A stretch of DNA of 64,000 bases from an uncultured Anaerolineaceae bacterium. GTDB lineage: Bacteria > Chloroflexota > Anaerolineae > Anaerolineales > E44-bin32. Below are positions 36,601 to 46,607 of the stretch, piece by piece. The notes below the pieces were generated by a model. It was not told where the DNA came from. It saw nothing but the letters and a program-made list of their open reading frames with translations, and did no database searches. Numbering within the stretch: position 1 is the first letter of the stretch; the number at the start of each line of letters is the position of its first letter. The stretch covers positions 8,239 to 72,238 of the forward strand of contig CAZBLT010000008.1 of the NCBI GenBank assembly GCA_964492745.1, read 5' to 3'. Both the position numbers and the translations under genes were made by a program.

Positions 36601-36622
36601 CATCGCAAGTCCGGCCTGTCAA
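36594..36622 (-). promoter_or_regulatory. near-consensus promoter of the GntR-led operon
   Basis: Minus strand: TTGACA (36622-36617), 17-nt spacer, TACAAT (36599-36594). The -10 element is the sixth TTGTA repeat. Confidence 0.55.
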
Positions 36623-36680
36623 GCCCTTCTCATTGCCCGCTGGCGCTATGCAGCCCACATCCTACCGGCCCTGGCGCTCG

Positions 36681-36689
36681 TGGTAGAAT
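36681..36689 (+). promoter_or_regulatory. extended -10 element upstream of pdxS
   Basis: TGGTAGAAT (TG-n-TAGAAT) lies about 40 nt before ATG 36730. Confidence 0.4.
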
Positions 36690-36729
36690 CAATATGAAAG
36701 AGGATACATTCCCGTCTGGGGAGGCTCAT

Positions 36730-37617
36730 ATGTCCAAAGAAGTCGGCACCTTCACGGTCAAGAAGGGTCTGGCGCAAATGCTCAAGGGCGGCGTCATCAT
36801 GGACGTCGTCAACGCCGAACATGCCCGCATTGCCGAGGAGGCCGGAGCCGTGGCCGTGATGGCCCTGGAGCGCGTGCCCGCCGATATCCGTACCCAAGGC
36901 GGCGTGGCCCGCATGAGCGATCCCGCTCTGATCCAGGAGATCATGGAGGCAGTGTCCATCCCGGTCATGGCCAAGTGCCGCATCGGCCATTTTGTCGAGG
37001 CCCAGATCTTGGAAGCGCTCGGGGTGGATTACATCGACGAGTCGGAAGTACTCACCCCGGCCGACGAGGAGCACCACATCAACAAGCACGGCTTCAAGGT
37101 GCCCTTCGTCTGCGGCTGCCGCAACCTGGGCGAAGCCCTGCGCCGGATCGGCGAAGGCGCCGCCATGATCCGCACCAAGGGCGAGGCCGGCACGGGCGAT
37201 GTGGTAGAAGCCGTGCGACACGCCCGGGCGGTACTGGGCGAGATCCGCCGCCTTCAAGGCATGCCCGAAGACGAATTGATGAGTTACGCCAAATCCATCG
37301 GCGCGCCCTTCGATCTGGTGAAAGAGACCCGCGAGCTCGGCCGCCTGCCGGTGGTCAACTTCGCCGCCGGCGGCATCGCCACGCCAGCCGACGCGGCCAT
37401 GATGATGCAATTGGGCATGGACGGGGTCTTCGTCGGATCAGGCATCTTCAAATCCGGCGACCCGCCCCGCCGCGCCAAGGCCATCGTAGAGGCGGTCACC
37501 CACTACAACGACCCCCAGATCCTGGCCGAGATCAGCAAGGGGCTGGGCGAGCCGATGGTGGGCATCGGCGTATCCGAATTGCCCCAGGCCGAGCGCCTGG
37601 CCGTCCGCGGCTGGTAG
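36730..37617 (+). CDS. pdxS: pyridoxal 5'-phosphate synthase, lyase subunit
   Basis: [48 protein letters not shown] lies before ATG 36730. Confidence 0.95.
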   Translation: MSKEVGTFTVKKGLAQMLKGGVIMDVVNAEHARIAEEAGAVAVMALERVPADIRTQGGVARMSDPALIQEIMEAVSIPVMAKCRIGHFVEAQILEALGVDYIDESEVLTPADEEHHINKHGFKVPFVCGCRNLGEALRRIGEGAAMIRTKGEAGTGDVVEAVRHARAVLGEIRRLQGMPEDELMSYAKSIGAPFDLVKETRELGRLPVVNFAAGGIATPADAAMMMQLGMDGVFVGSGIFKSGDPPRRAKAIVEAVTHYNDPQILAEISKGLGEPMVGIGVSELPQAERLAVRGW

Positions 37618-37634
37618 CCCCCGACCCGCAAACC

Positions 37635-38150
37635 ATGCCTCATCCGGATGAGCGCACCCAAATGCGTCGGCGCGATCTCGCCATAGGGGATGATGCCGAG
37701 ATCAAGCGCATCCTCGAGAAGGCCCCCTATGGCTTCTTGGCCACCAGTCACGAGGGGCAACCTTTCTTGCGGCCCTGTCTCTTCTGGTATGATCCCGCCT
37801 CACGCCGCATCTACATGCACGGCGCCCGCCGGGGCCGCACGCCCAGCAATCTAGCATCCAACCCACGCGTCTGTTACGGCGTGGCGAGCATGGGCCGATT
37901 GCTTCCTGCCGACGAGGCCATCGAGTTCAGCGTAGAATATGAGAGCGTCATCGCGTTTGGCACCGCCCGCCTCGTAACCGATGCGGAGGAAGGCCGACGT
38001 GCACTCGAGGGGCTGATGCAGAAATACTTCCCGGATCATCGTCCGGGATCGGATTATCGTCCCATCACCCCATCCGAGCTCGATCAAACCGCGGTTTACG
38101 CCATCGAGGTGGAAAGTTGGAGCGGCAAGCGCAACCCGGCCCTGGGCTAA
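37635..38150 (+). CDS. pyridoxamine 5'-phosphate oxidase family (split-barrel flavin-binding) protein
   Basis: C-terminal part of track ORF 36975-38150: [34 protein letters not shown]. The upstream 220 aa of that ORF overlap pdxS out of frame and were discarded. Confidence 0.65.
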   Translation: MPHPDERTQMRRRDLAIGDDAEIKRILEKAPYGFLATSHEGQPFLRPCLFWYDPASRRIYMHGARRGRTPSNLASNPRVCYGVASMGRLLPADEAIEFSVEYESVIAFGTARLVTDAEEGRRALEGLMQKYFPDHRPGSDYRPITPSELDQTAVYAIEVESWSGKRNPALG

Positions 38151-38722
38151 CCGTCGGCGTGCTTGCTCTTCAAGGTGGGTTCGCCGAGCACGCGGCCATG
38201 CTCCTCAGCCTTGGCGCCGCGGTGCGCGAGGTTCGACTGCCCGCCGACCTTCAGGGCCTGGACGCCTTGATCATCCCTGGCGGCGAATCGACCACCATCG
38301 GCAAGCTGGCGAGCGAATTCGACTTGATCGAACCCCTGCGCGAGTTCGGCCGCGCGCATCCCATATGGGGCACCTGCGCCGGGGCCATCTTCCTCTCGAG
38401 CGATGCTCGCCGGGAGCAGCCCTTGCTGGGCCTGATGGATATCACCGTGGAGCGAAACGCCTTCGGACGCCAGGTGAACAGCTTTGAGGCCGATTTGCCC
38501 GTGCCCACCCTCGAGGAGCCCGACCATCCTTTCCCGGGCGTATTCATCCGGGCACCATGGATCGAGCGCGTCGGACCTGGGGTGGAAGTGATTGCACGAT
38601 TGCCCGAGGAGGAGCGCATCGTGGCCGCCCGCCAAGGACACTTGCTTGCCACCGCCTTCCACCCGGAGCTCACCCCCGACCCGCGCTTCCACCGATACTT
38701 CTTGGGTCTTGTGGATCCCTAG
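38117..38722 (+). CDS. pdxT: pyridoxal 5'-phosphate synthase, glutaminase subunit
   Basis: [31 protein letters not shown]. The track start is TTG 38117, overlapping the previous gene; GTG 38159 is an alternative. Confidence 0.9.
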   Translation: MERQAQPGPGLTVGVLALQGGFAEHAAMLLSLGAAVREVRLPADLQGLDALIIPGGESTTIGKLASEFDLIEPLREFGRAHPIWGTCAGAIFLSSDARREQPLLGLMDITVERNAFGRQVNSFEADLPVPTLEEPDHPFPGVFIRAPWIERVGPGVEVIARLPEEERIVAARQGHLLATAFHPELTPDPRFHRYFLGLVDP

Positions 38723-39700
38723 ATGAGCGTGATTCGAGCCGTTGACTGGCGTGACCTGGGGCTCCTGGCCCGTGTCCGGCATCGCGGGCTCTGTCTCGAT
38801 TCCCAATTGGCCTTTACTCGCGGCGCCAACGCGCTCCAGAACGCCCTGCTGGACCCCTTCAATCCCCAACACAGCATCAGCACGCTGGTTGCCCGCGGCG
38901 GCATGTCAGCCGGCGGCTCTGCCATCGCTCAGCTCCTCTTGCTTGAGAATCATCCCCTGGCGCGCCTGGCCTTCTTTGGACCGCCCGAGGCACTTGAGCT
39001 GCCGCTGGGATTCGAGATGCTGGAAGCCTTGGAGCGATTCGCCGGGGAACATGGCGCCCAGTCGCTCATCGCCGAGGTGGACGAACAGGCCCCTGCCTTC
39101 GAGAGCCTGCGGGCCGCCGGCTTCGCCATTTACGCTCGCCAAAAGCTTTGGCGCCTCGACCGCTCCAGCGCCCACCAGCCAGCGCCGAACACGCCGGCAT
39201 GGAGACACCCCTCCCCACAGGACCATCTCGCCATTCAAGGGCTTTTCCGCAACCTGGTTCCGGCACTGGTACAACAGGTGGAGCCGCCGCCCGGCAAGGA
39301 GGGGCAAGGCTTGGTCCATTGGGCCGAGGGCGAGTTGTTGGCCTTTCTGGATGTCCACCGTGGTCCGGCTGGAACCTGGATCCTTCCCTATATCCACCCG
39401 GCGGTCGAATCGCGGGAGGAGTTGATCGCCGGCGCACTCGCTGGACTCTCCCCTAGCCCCTCAAGGCCCCTGTACCTCTGCGTGCGATCCTATCAGGGCG
39501 GACTCGCAGCGGCATTGGAGGCCTTGGGCTTCCAGCCCTATCTTGATCAGGCTGTGATGGTTAAACGGCTGACCGCCCGCCTCCGTGAGGCTGCTCTGCG
39601 GCCCCTTCCGGCGATGGAGGGAACCCAGCCGGAAGCCAGCGTTCCAATCACCTATAATTGCGTCAGACATTCCGCGGTTAGCCAAAAACGAGGCTCATGA
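38723..39700 (+). CDS. hypothetical protein, possibly GNAT-fold
   Basis: GAQSLIAEVDEQAPAFESLRAAGFAIYARQKLW looks like a GNAT core. ATG directly abuts the pdxT stop. Confidence 0.4.
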   Translation: MSVIRAVDWRDLGLLARVRHRGLCLDSQLAFTRGANALQNALLDPFNPQHSISTLVARGGMSAGGSAIAQLLLLENHPLARLAFFGPPEALELPLGFEMLEALERFAGEHGAQSLIAEVDEQAPAFESLRAAGFAIYARQKLWRLDRSSAHQPAPNTPAWRHPSPQDHLAIQGLFRNLVPALVQQVEPPPGKEGQGLVHWAEGELLAFLDVHRGPAGTWILPYIHPAVESREELIAGALAGLSPSPSRPLYLCVRSYQGGLAAALEALGFQPYLDQAVMVKRLTARLREAALRPLPAMEGTQPEASVPITYNCVRHSAVSQKRGS

Positions 39701-41292
39701 GCCAGCAACGTATCACCGACAATCTGGACGACCTGCTGGGGGTCTTGCCCCCCAAGATCACTCGCGCCCTGCGCGCCATCAATCGTCCGGAGGACTTGCT
39801 GGAGGTGATCCTCGACCTGGGGCGGGTGCCCACGGCGCGCTATGTCGACCAAGAGGTCAACCTCAGCGAGGATGAAGTCACCGCCGACGACATCGACTAC
39901 GTGGTCACCCGCATCGGCGAGTTCGACGCCGACAACCGCGCCGGCATCCCGCGCACATTGCACCGCATTGCCGCCATCCGCAACCGCCATGGCGATATCG
40001 TCGGGTTGACATGCAGGGTGGGCCGGGCGGTGTTCGGCACCATCGATATCATCGAGGACTTCATCACCGGCGGAAGCAGCGTCCTGCTCCTGGGCCGTCC
40101 CGGTGTGGGCAAGACTACCATGCTGCGTGAGGCGGCGCGCATCCTGGCCGAGACCAAGCGGGTGGTGATCGTGGACACTTCAAACGAGATCGCCGGCGAT
40201 GGCGACGTGCCTCACCCCGCCATCGGGCGCGCCCGCCGCATGCAGGTGCGGGAGCCGGCCTTCCAGCATGAAGTGATGATAGAGGCCGTCGAAAACCACA
40301 ACCCCGAGGTGATTGTGATCGATGAGATCGGCCGGGAATTGGAGGCCGTCGCGGCCCGAACCATCGCCGAGCGAGGCGTCCAACTGATCGGCACCGCCCA
40401 TGGCAACACCCTCGAGAATCTGCTGCTCAACCCCACGCTCTCCGACCTGATCGGCGGGATCGAATCCGTCACCCTATCCGACGAAGAAGCCCGCCGCAGG
40501 GGAACCCAGAAGACCGTGCTCGAGCGCCGCGCGGCGCCCACTTTCGATGTGCTGATCGAAATCCAGGATCGCGAGCGCCTGGCGGTGCACCGCGATGTGG
40601 CCGCCTCCGTCGACGCTCTGCTGCGCGGCCGCCCGCTGCCGCCTGAGCTGCGCTATCGCGACGCCGAAGGCAAGATCCACATCGAATCCGCACCCGCCCC
40701 GGCCGCCTTTGGCCAACGAGGCGACTTCGGTTATCGGCGGCAAGCCGCACTGCCCACGGCCACCATGGATGCAGCCGAGGAACTTCCCTACTCGCCCACG
40801 CCGCCGCATCTTCCAGCGACGCCTTTGGCCCCCATCCGTATCCATCCCTATGGCGTGGCCAAGAACCGTCTGCGCCAAGCGGCCAAGCGGCTTGGAGTTC
40901 CGGCCGTGCTAGTCGACTCGATCGGCGACGCCGAGGTACTGGTGACTCTGCGATCGTATTATCGCAAACAGCCGCGCGCATTGCGGGAGGCCGAAAACCG
41001 CCGCATGCCGATGTACGTCTTGCGCTCGAACACCGTGAAGCAAATGGAAGGCTTCCTGTCCGAGCTTTTCAACCTCCAGGCAGCCCGGCCCGAAGACCCG
41101 GATCTTGTCCAGGCCCTGGACGAGGCCCAGCGCGCCATCCAGCAGGTGCTCAACGGTGCCCGCTCGATCGACCTTGCGCCAGCCTCCTCCTACATCCGTC
41201 GTCTGCAGCACCAGATGGCCCGCCAGGCCAACCTGGTCTCTCATTCCTATGGAAAGGAACCTCGCCGCCGGGTGAGGATCTACCGCAATTGA
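39697..41292 (+). CDS. Ycf45/SpoIIIAA-like AAA ATPase with C-terminal R3H-type region
   Basis: LLLGRPGVGKTTMLRE (Walker A), VIVIDEIG (Walker B), LIGTAHGN. ATGA overlap with the upstream gene. Confidence 0.7.
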   Translation: MSQQRITDNLDDLLGVLPPKITRALRAINRPEDLLEVILDLGRVPTARYVDQEVNLSEDEVTADDIDYVVTRIGEFDADNRAGIPRTLHRIAAIRNRHGDIVGLTCRVGRAVFGTIDIIEDFITGGSSVLLLGRPGVGKTTMLREAARILAETKRVVIVDTSNEIAGDGDVPHPAIGRARRMQVREPAFQHEVMIEAVENHNPEVIVIDEIGRELEAVAARTIAERGVQLIGTAHGNTLENLLLNPTLSDLIGGIESVTLSDEEARRRGTQKTVLERRAAPTFDVLIEIQDRERLAVHRDVAASVDALLRGRPLPPELRYRDAEGKIHIESAPAPAAFGQRGDFGYRRQAALPTATMDAAEELPYSPTPPHLPATPLAPIRIHPYGVAKNRLRQAAKRLGVPAVLVDSIGDAEVLVTLRSYYRKQPRALREAENRRMPMYVLRSNTVKQMEGFLSELFNLQAARPEDPDLVQALDEAQRAIQQVLNGARSIDLAPASSYIRRLQHQMARQANLVSHSYGKEPRRRVRIYRN

Positions 41293-41927
41293 GCCTCTTC
41301 ATAACTCTCGAAGGCCCCGAAGGCGGGGGAAAATCCAGCCAGGCCGCCGAGTTGGCGGACCACTTACGCGCGCTCGGGTTGCCGGTTGAACTCACACGTG
41401 AGCCTGGCGGCACACCCATCGGCGACCAGATTCGCGGTGTCCTCACCCATCTGGAAAATACCCAAATGGACGCCCGCACCGAGTTCTTGCTTTTCAGCGC
41501 TTCACGCGCCCAGCTTGTCGCCCAGGTCATCCGCCCCAGCCTGGAGGCAGGCAAGATCGTCATCTCCGACCGCTTCTTCGATTCATCCCTGGCCTACCAG
41601 GGCTACGGCCAGGGGCTCGATTTGGAGACTCTACGGGCGATCACATCCTTTGCAACCGGCGACTTGGTGCCCGATCTGACGCTGCTGCTGGATCTTCCGG
41701 TGGAACAGGGCCTCCAGCGACGTAGGCAGGGCGGCCATTGGAATCGCCTGGACGCATTCGATCTCGAGTTTCACCGGCGTGTACGCGAAGGGTACCTGAC
41801 GCTGGCCGCTGCCGATCCAGCCCGCTGGCAGATCGTGGATGCCAGCCGTCCCTTCGACCAAGTCCTGGCGGATTTGCGCGCCGCCGTGGATGCCAGGCTC
41901 ACCCAGGCCGGGCTTCTGGCGCTCTGA
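41289..41927 (+). CDS. tmk: thymidylate kinase
   Basis: LFITLEGPEGGGKSSQ and LTREPGGTPIG. TTG start overlaps the upstream stop. Confidence 0.9.
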   Translation: MSLFITLEGPEGGGKSSQAAELADHLRALGLPVELTREPGGTPIGDQIRGVLTHLENTQMDARTEFLLFSASRAQLVAQVIRPSLEAGKIVISDRFFDSSLAYQGYGQGLDLETLRAITSFATGDLVPDLTLLLDLPVEQGLQRRRQGGHWNRLDAFDLEFHRRVREGYLTLAAADPARWQIVDASRPFDQVLADLRAAVDARLTQAGLLAL

Positions 41928-41964
41928 TCATCCCCCCAGAATTCCCGAAAGCTGGCGCCTCGGG

Positions 41965-42339
41965 CTAGAATTCCTCATCCATGCCGAGCTCAGGCATGGA
42001 CTGTTCGATCTCTTCCGGCGATTCCCCCGCTTCCAGCCGGCCGACCACTTCATCGAACTCCGGGGGCATATCCTCGCCTAATTCCTCGCCCATCTTGCGC
42101 ATCATGCGCGCCATGCTGCGTGGATCCGACTCGTCGAAATCGCCCCAGGCATCGGGATCGGCCAGGGATTCGAGGCGCGCTTCCTCCGAGCGGGCGAAGC
42201 GCACACGATGGATCAGGCGGCGCATCTCGCCGCTGCCGCAGTGGGGGCAATGCACAGTCTTCTTACCATACTCTTCGTAGCTCAAGTAGATGGAGGCGCG
42301 TCGTCCACAATCATCGCAACGGTAGTCGTACGTCGGCAT
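41965..42339 (-). CDS. FmdB-family zinc ribbon protein
   Basis: MPTYDYRCDDCG....CPHCGS. Confidence 0.8.
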   Translation of the reverse strand: MPTYDYRCDDCGRRASIYLSYEEYGKKTVHCPHCGSGEMRRLIHRVRFARSEEARLESLADPDAWGDFDESDPRSMARMMRKMGEELGEDMPPEFDEVVGRLEAGESPEEIEQSMPELGMDEEF

Positions 42340-42391
42340 TTCAACCTCCCGTAAAAGCGATTATACTGACCGCACGCGGAGGCTTCAACCC

Positions 42392-43009
42392 ATGCATGAA
42401 GACCTGCTGAAGCGCCAGCAACAACCCCTTCTGATTGTCATTTCGGGGCCCTCGGGTGTGGGCAAAGATACGGTGGTCAGGCGCATGAAGGAGCGCGGAC
42501 TGCCCTTCCACTTCGTCGTCACGGCCACAACCCGGCCGCAGCGCGATGGCGAAGTCGACGGCCTGGATTACATCTTCGTCAGCCGCGAGCAGTTCGCGGA
42601 GATGATCGAGCGAGACGAGTTGCTGGAATATGCCATCGTATATGACGATTACAAGGGGATCCCGAAGGCGCAAGTCCGCCGGGCCCTCGCCAGCGGTCAG
42701 GATGTGCTGATGCGGCTCGACGTCCAGGGCGCCGAGACCATCCGCAAGATCTGCCCCGATGCCCTGCTGATCTTCCTCTCGACCCGTACCGAGGAGGAGC
42801 TCATTCGCCGGCTTGAGCGCCGCCAGACGGAAGCCCCCGAGGACCTAAAGTTGCGCATCGCCACAGCCCGCAAGGAACTGCGGCGGGTCGACCTCTTCGA
42901 CTACTACGTCGTGAACGCCGAAGGCGAGCTCGACCATACCGTGGATACCATCATGGCCATCATCCAGGCCGAGCATCACCGGGTAAGCCCCCGCCAAGTT
43001 CGATTGTGA
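42392..43009 (+). CDS. gmk: guanylate kinase
   Basis: LIVISGPSGVGKDTVV, TTRPQRDGEVDGLDYIFVS. Confidence 0.9.
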   Translation: MHEDLLKRQQQPLLIVISGPSGVGKDTVVRRMKERGLPFHFVVTATTRPQRDGEVDGLDYIFVSREQFAEMIERDELLEYAIVYDDYKGIPKAQVRRALASGQDVLMRLDVQGAETIRKICPDALLIFLSTRTEEELIRRLERRQTEAPEDLKLRIATARKELRRVDLFDYYVVNAEGELDHTVDTIMAIIQAEHHRVSPRQVRL

Positions 43010-43773
43010 GCGGCGCCAACATGAACGCCAGTGCGCCGCCCCCTGACCTCCAGCCTGCCCCCCAGCGTCCCTCCTTCCGCGACCGGTTCCCGGGCACCTT
43101 CGGACTGGTCCTAGTCACCTGCCTGGTCTTCCTGGGCCAGTGGCTCTCTCAGCAGTTCCTGGGAGTGGATTGGTTGCTTCAACTCGGAGCCAAGGCTAGG
43201 GCGCCCATGTCGCAGGGGCAATGGTGGCGCTTCCTGACTCCGGTATTCTTGCACATCGGCCTGCCGCACCTGTTTATCAACATGTACTCCCTCTTCGCCA
43301 TCGGTCCCGCAGTCGAGCGCTTTTTCGGCACAACCCGCTTCCTGGCGACCTACATCTTGAGCGGCCTGGCCGGCGTCATCGCCAGCCTGGCCTTCAGCCC
43401 ATACGCCTCCGCTGGCGCCTCCGGTGCCATCTTCGGCCTGCTGGGATCCCTGGGATCCTTTCTCTACTTGCACCGCGCCCTCTTCGGACGCCTGGGCCAG
43501 ATTCAGTTGCGTCAAATCCTCTTCGTGGCCTTGCTGAACCTGGCGCTTGGCCTGATGCCTGGCATCGACAACTGGGGACACCTGGGCGGCCTGCTGAGCG
43601 GCGCTTGCCTGAGCTACCTGCTAGGGCCACGCTATCAGGTGCACTGGAACGAATTGGGCTCACCTCGCCTCTCGGATGCGCGGCCGTGGCACAAGAGCCG
43701 CCTTCAATACCTTCTCGCAGCCGCCGTGCTGGGGGTGCTGGCGATGGCTTCCCTCTTCAGCCCCTTCGCGTAA
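43006..43773 (+). CDS. rhomboid family intramembrane serine protease
   Basis: GASGAIFGLLG (catalytic Ser) and HLGGLLSG (catalytic His). Confidence 0.85.
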   Translation: MSGANMNASAPPPDLQPAPQRPSFRDRFPGTFGLVLVTCLVFLGQWLSQQFLGVDWLLQLGAKARAPMSQGQWWRFLTPVFLHIGLPHLFINMYSLFAIGPAVERFFGTTRFLATYILSGLAGVIASLAFSPYASAGASGAIFGLLGSLGSFLYLHRALFGRLGQIQLRQILFVALLNLALGLMPGIDNWGHLGGLLSGACLSYLLGPRYQVHWNELGSPRLSDARPWHKSRLQYLLAAAVLGVLAMASLFSPFA

Positions 43774-43846
43774 CACAATCCCGCTGGACACAGACATCCC
43801 TCTCATGGCCGGTGCCTAGCTACTTTTCCGACTTCTTGGCTCGTCA

Positions 43847-43876
43847 TTGACATGCTTCTGTCCCTACGCTTATAAT
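43847..43876 (+). promoter_or_regulatory. consensus sigma70-like promoter of the FNR-type reductase gene
   Basis: TTGACA (43847-43852), 18-nt spacer, TATAAT (43871-43876). Confidence 0.6.
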
Positions 43877-43931
43877 CCCGCCCGCCAAATCGCCCTTTGT
43901 GCACCCGACACAGAAGGAGTTCCTGTTCGCA

Positions 43932-44981
43932 ATGAGCAAGACCGAACCCGAGGTCTTCGATATCACCTTCATCGGGGCCGGTCCAACCGGCCTTTTCGGT
44001 GCCTTCTACGCAGGCTTGCGCGAACTGCGCGTAAAAATCATCGACGCCCTGCCCCAGCCTGGCGGCCAGCTCACAACCCTCTACCCCGAGAAGATAATTT
44101 ACGACACCCCCGGCTTCCCGTCGATACGCGCCAAGGACCTGGTGGCCAACCTGGTCGAGCAAACCATGCAGTGGAACCCCGCCATGGCTCTCGGTGAGCG
44201 CGCCGAGAACCTGCGCCCTGAGCCGTTTCCCGGTAGGGAGGCGGACGAAACCTGTTGGCTGATCGAAACCGACCGCGCCCGGCATTACAGCCGGACGGTC
44301 GTGATTGCGGCCGGGATTGGAGCCTTTGAGCCGCGCAGGCTGCCTAATGAGAGCGTCGCCCGGTTTGAGGGCAAGGGGGTCGAGTACCTCGTGCAGGATG
44401 TCAACGCCTACGCTGGAAAGCGGGTGCTGATTGTGGGAGGCGGCGATAGCGCCGTCGATTGGGCTCTGGCGCTCGAGCCCAGCGCCGCGCGCGTGACCCT
44501 CATCCACCGGCGGGAAGGCTTCCGGGCGCATGATTCCTCCATCAGCGCACTCAACGCCTCGGCCGTGGACGTCCGCATCTTCCATGAGATCCGCGAGCTC
44601 CAGGGAGAAGGGCACGTGCAACGCGCCGTGATCTTCGATAACCGCACCCAGGAAGAGGACACCCTGGAGGTCGACGCGGTCTTCCTGGCCCTGGGGTTCA
44701 AGGCCGACCTCGGACCCATCCGTGAATGGGGGTTGGAGACCATCGGCCGCCGCTACGTGCGAGTTAATAGCCGGATGGAGACCAACCTGCGGGGCGTATT
44801 CGCCGCTGGAGATGTGGCCCTGCAGGAGGATCTGGATCCACTCAATCTGATCGTCATAGGTTATGGGCAAGTGACGGTGGCTGTGAACTACGCCTACACG
44901 CGGATCAAGCCGGGTGGAAAGGTCTTCCCTGGTCACTCGAGCGAGAAGTCAGAGCAGGAAACAGATTGGCTCCCCGGCTAG
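43932..44981 (+). CDS. ferredoxin-NADP+ reductase, thioredoxin-reductase-like type
   Basis: FDITFIGAGPTGLFGAFYAG, GGQLTTLYPEKIIYD, VGGGDSAVDWAL. GAAGGAG lies before ATG 43932. Confidence 0.8.
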   Translation: MSKTEPEVFDITFIGAGPTGLFGAFYAGLRELRVKIIDALPQPGGQLTTLYPEKIIYDTPGFPSIRAKDLVANLVEQTMQWNPAMALGERAENLRPEPFPGREADETCWLIETDRARHYSRTVVIAAGIGAFEPRRLPNESVARFEGKGVEYLVQDVNAYAGKRVLIVGGGDSAVDWALALEPSAARVTLIHRREGFRAHDSSISALNASAVDVRIFHEIRELQGEGHVQRAVIFDNRTQEEDTLEVDAVFLALGFKADLGPIREWGLETIGRRYVRVNSRMETNLRGVFAAGDVALQEDLDPLNLIVIGYGQVTVAVNYAYTRIKPGGKVFPGHSSEKSEQETDWLPG

Positions 44982-44997
44982 CACTGCCCCCTCTTCT

Positions 44998-45513
44998 TCA
45001 AGACGCCAAGGATCTATCTTCCTGCGCGGGTGGCTCATTCGGGGAAGGTGACTCCCCTGCCAGGGGCTTCTCTGGCATAGATTCGGAAGGGCTGTGTCGT
45101 GGCCAATACAAGATCAATCCCAGCAAGCTTAGCATCACGCCTATTGCCAGGCCGATCACCTGCACCGGGCCGAAGGTGATATCGGGGAGCCTTTGGGCTC
45201 CCAACCCGATGAAATCCGCCAGCGAGGCCGCCGCGGCGACCACGTATCCTGTGGCAATCAATCGCACCCCGATATCCGCTCGCAAAGAGGTGGGCTTGCC
45301 ATTGCGGATGACCCGCACGGTGGCATAGGCTGCCACCAGCAGGATCGCCAGCCCCGCCAACCAGGTGCCGATCTGCACAAACCCAATCACTGGGCTTCGA
45401 TCCATTCCAATCAAATCGGGCTCGACCCCGATCACGAAGATCAGCAAACCCAGAAGCACTGCGGTCATCCAGCGCCGGGCGCGTCGCACTTGGTGAGGCA
45501 GAAGTGGGGTCAT
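44998..45513 (-). CDS. hypothetical membrane protein
   Basis: Four hydrophobic helices. ATG 45513 overlaps the dipeptidase stop (ATGA). Confidence 0.5.
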   Translation of the reverse strand: MTPLLPHQVRRARRWMTAVLLGLLIFVIGVEPDLIGMDRSPVIGFVQIGTWLAGLAILLVAAYATVRVIRNGKPTSLRADIGVRLIATGYVVAAAASLADFIGLGAQRLPDITFGPVQVIGLAIGVMLSLLGLILYWPRHSPSESMPEKPLAGESPSPNEPPAQEDRSLAS

Positions 45514-46607
45514 GCAATCTCCGTTTCGGGCAGGGCCCTGCGCAGCACGCGCAGCCAATTCCCACCCAGAATCTTCTCGATGTCTTCTGAAGTGTATCCC
45601 ATCGGCTCCAAAGCCTCGCCAATTGTCCGCAGGTCAGCCACGCTGTCAAGCCCCAGTGGCACCTCATTCAGGCCGAAGCCGCCATCAAAGTCACTGCCGA
45701 TGCCAATATGGTTCGCGTTTCCCAGCCGCTGGCAAACATAATCGATGGCCCGGGCCACGTCCCCAAGCCCCACAGCCTCGCGCCCTTGATCGGGGGCCCA
45801 TCCATCTTTCAAGAAGGGATTCCACAGCGCCAAGCCCATCACGCTGTCCCTCTCGGCGAGCCGATCGAGGGTCAGGCCAGTGATATGCCGTTCCGGCTCG
45901 GAGGCGTTCGGCACGCGCGCCAACGGGCTGGTGTGCGAAACGATCACCTCCTCTTGGTAGCGGTCGATGGCTTCCAGGGCGCCCTGCTCGGTCAGATGGC
46001 TCAGGTCCAAGATCATGCCTAGCGCATCCATCTCTCGCAGCAGTTCTCGCCCGAGGCCTGTCAATGGGCCGGGCTCTCCCGTCCCGCCGGCATATGCGGT
46101 GGCGGCCCAGGCCGGCCCCAATATACGCACGCCCTCGCGATACCACACTTCGGCCTGCGCCGGTTCGAGCAAGGCATCCGCGCCCTCCATGAGCAAGATC
46201 CAGCCAATACGCGGCTCTGCCACCTCCCCCAATTCCCATTCCTCCAGCACCGATTCAAGTGCCCCCCTGGTGGTGATTTGCGCAAACTTGTCGGGATTGG
46301 CCTCCAGCCAGCGGCGATAGACTTCCAGGTTGGCGCGGTAGAGCTGAACGGCTTCGGTTTGATCCGCATAGCACTGCGTATCCCAAGGACCCTCTTGCCA
46401 TCGCGAGGGCGCCGCAAATAGACTGGTGAACACTACCCCCACGCGGCCACGAATCCATTCGGGCCATCCGATCAGCGTATGGCCGTTCCAATCCGGCACC
46501 GAAGTCTCCGCCTCCCTCCGGCGAATCCCTTCGACGGAAAGCACAATATCCCGCCCGAAAGTGAGGGCGTTCCAGGCCAGGTCTTCATGGGCATCTACGA
46601 CAATCAT
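45510..46607 (-). CDS. membrane dipeptidase (peptidase M19 family)
   Basis: MIVVDAHEDLAWN, VIVSHTSP, IGIGSDFDGG. Confidence 0.75.
   Translation of the reverse strand: MIVVDAHEDLAWNALTFGRDIVLSVEGIRRREAETSVPDWNGHTLIGWPEWIRGRVGVVFTSLFAAPSRWQEGPWDTQCYADQTEAVQLYRANLEVYRRWLEANPDKFAQITTRGALESVLEEWELGEVAEPRIGWILLMEGADALLEPAQAEVWYREGVRILGPAWAATAYAGGTGEPGPLTGLGRELLREMDALGMILDLSHLTEQGALEAIDRYQEEVIVSHTSPLARVPNASEPERHITGLTLDRLAERDSVMGLALWNPFLKDGWAPDQGREAVGLGDVARAIDYVCQRLGNANHIGIGSDFDGGFGLNEVPLGLDSVADLRTIGEALEPMGYTSEDIEKILGGNWLRVLRRALPETEIA

Noticed and set aside
36975-37634. N-terminal 220 aa of the 391-aa track ORF 36975-38150.
   Set aside because: It overlaps pdxS out of frame and is Arg/Pro/Gly-rich. 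Only the part from ATG 37635 shows a PNPOx-family sequence.
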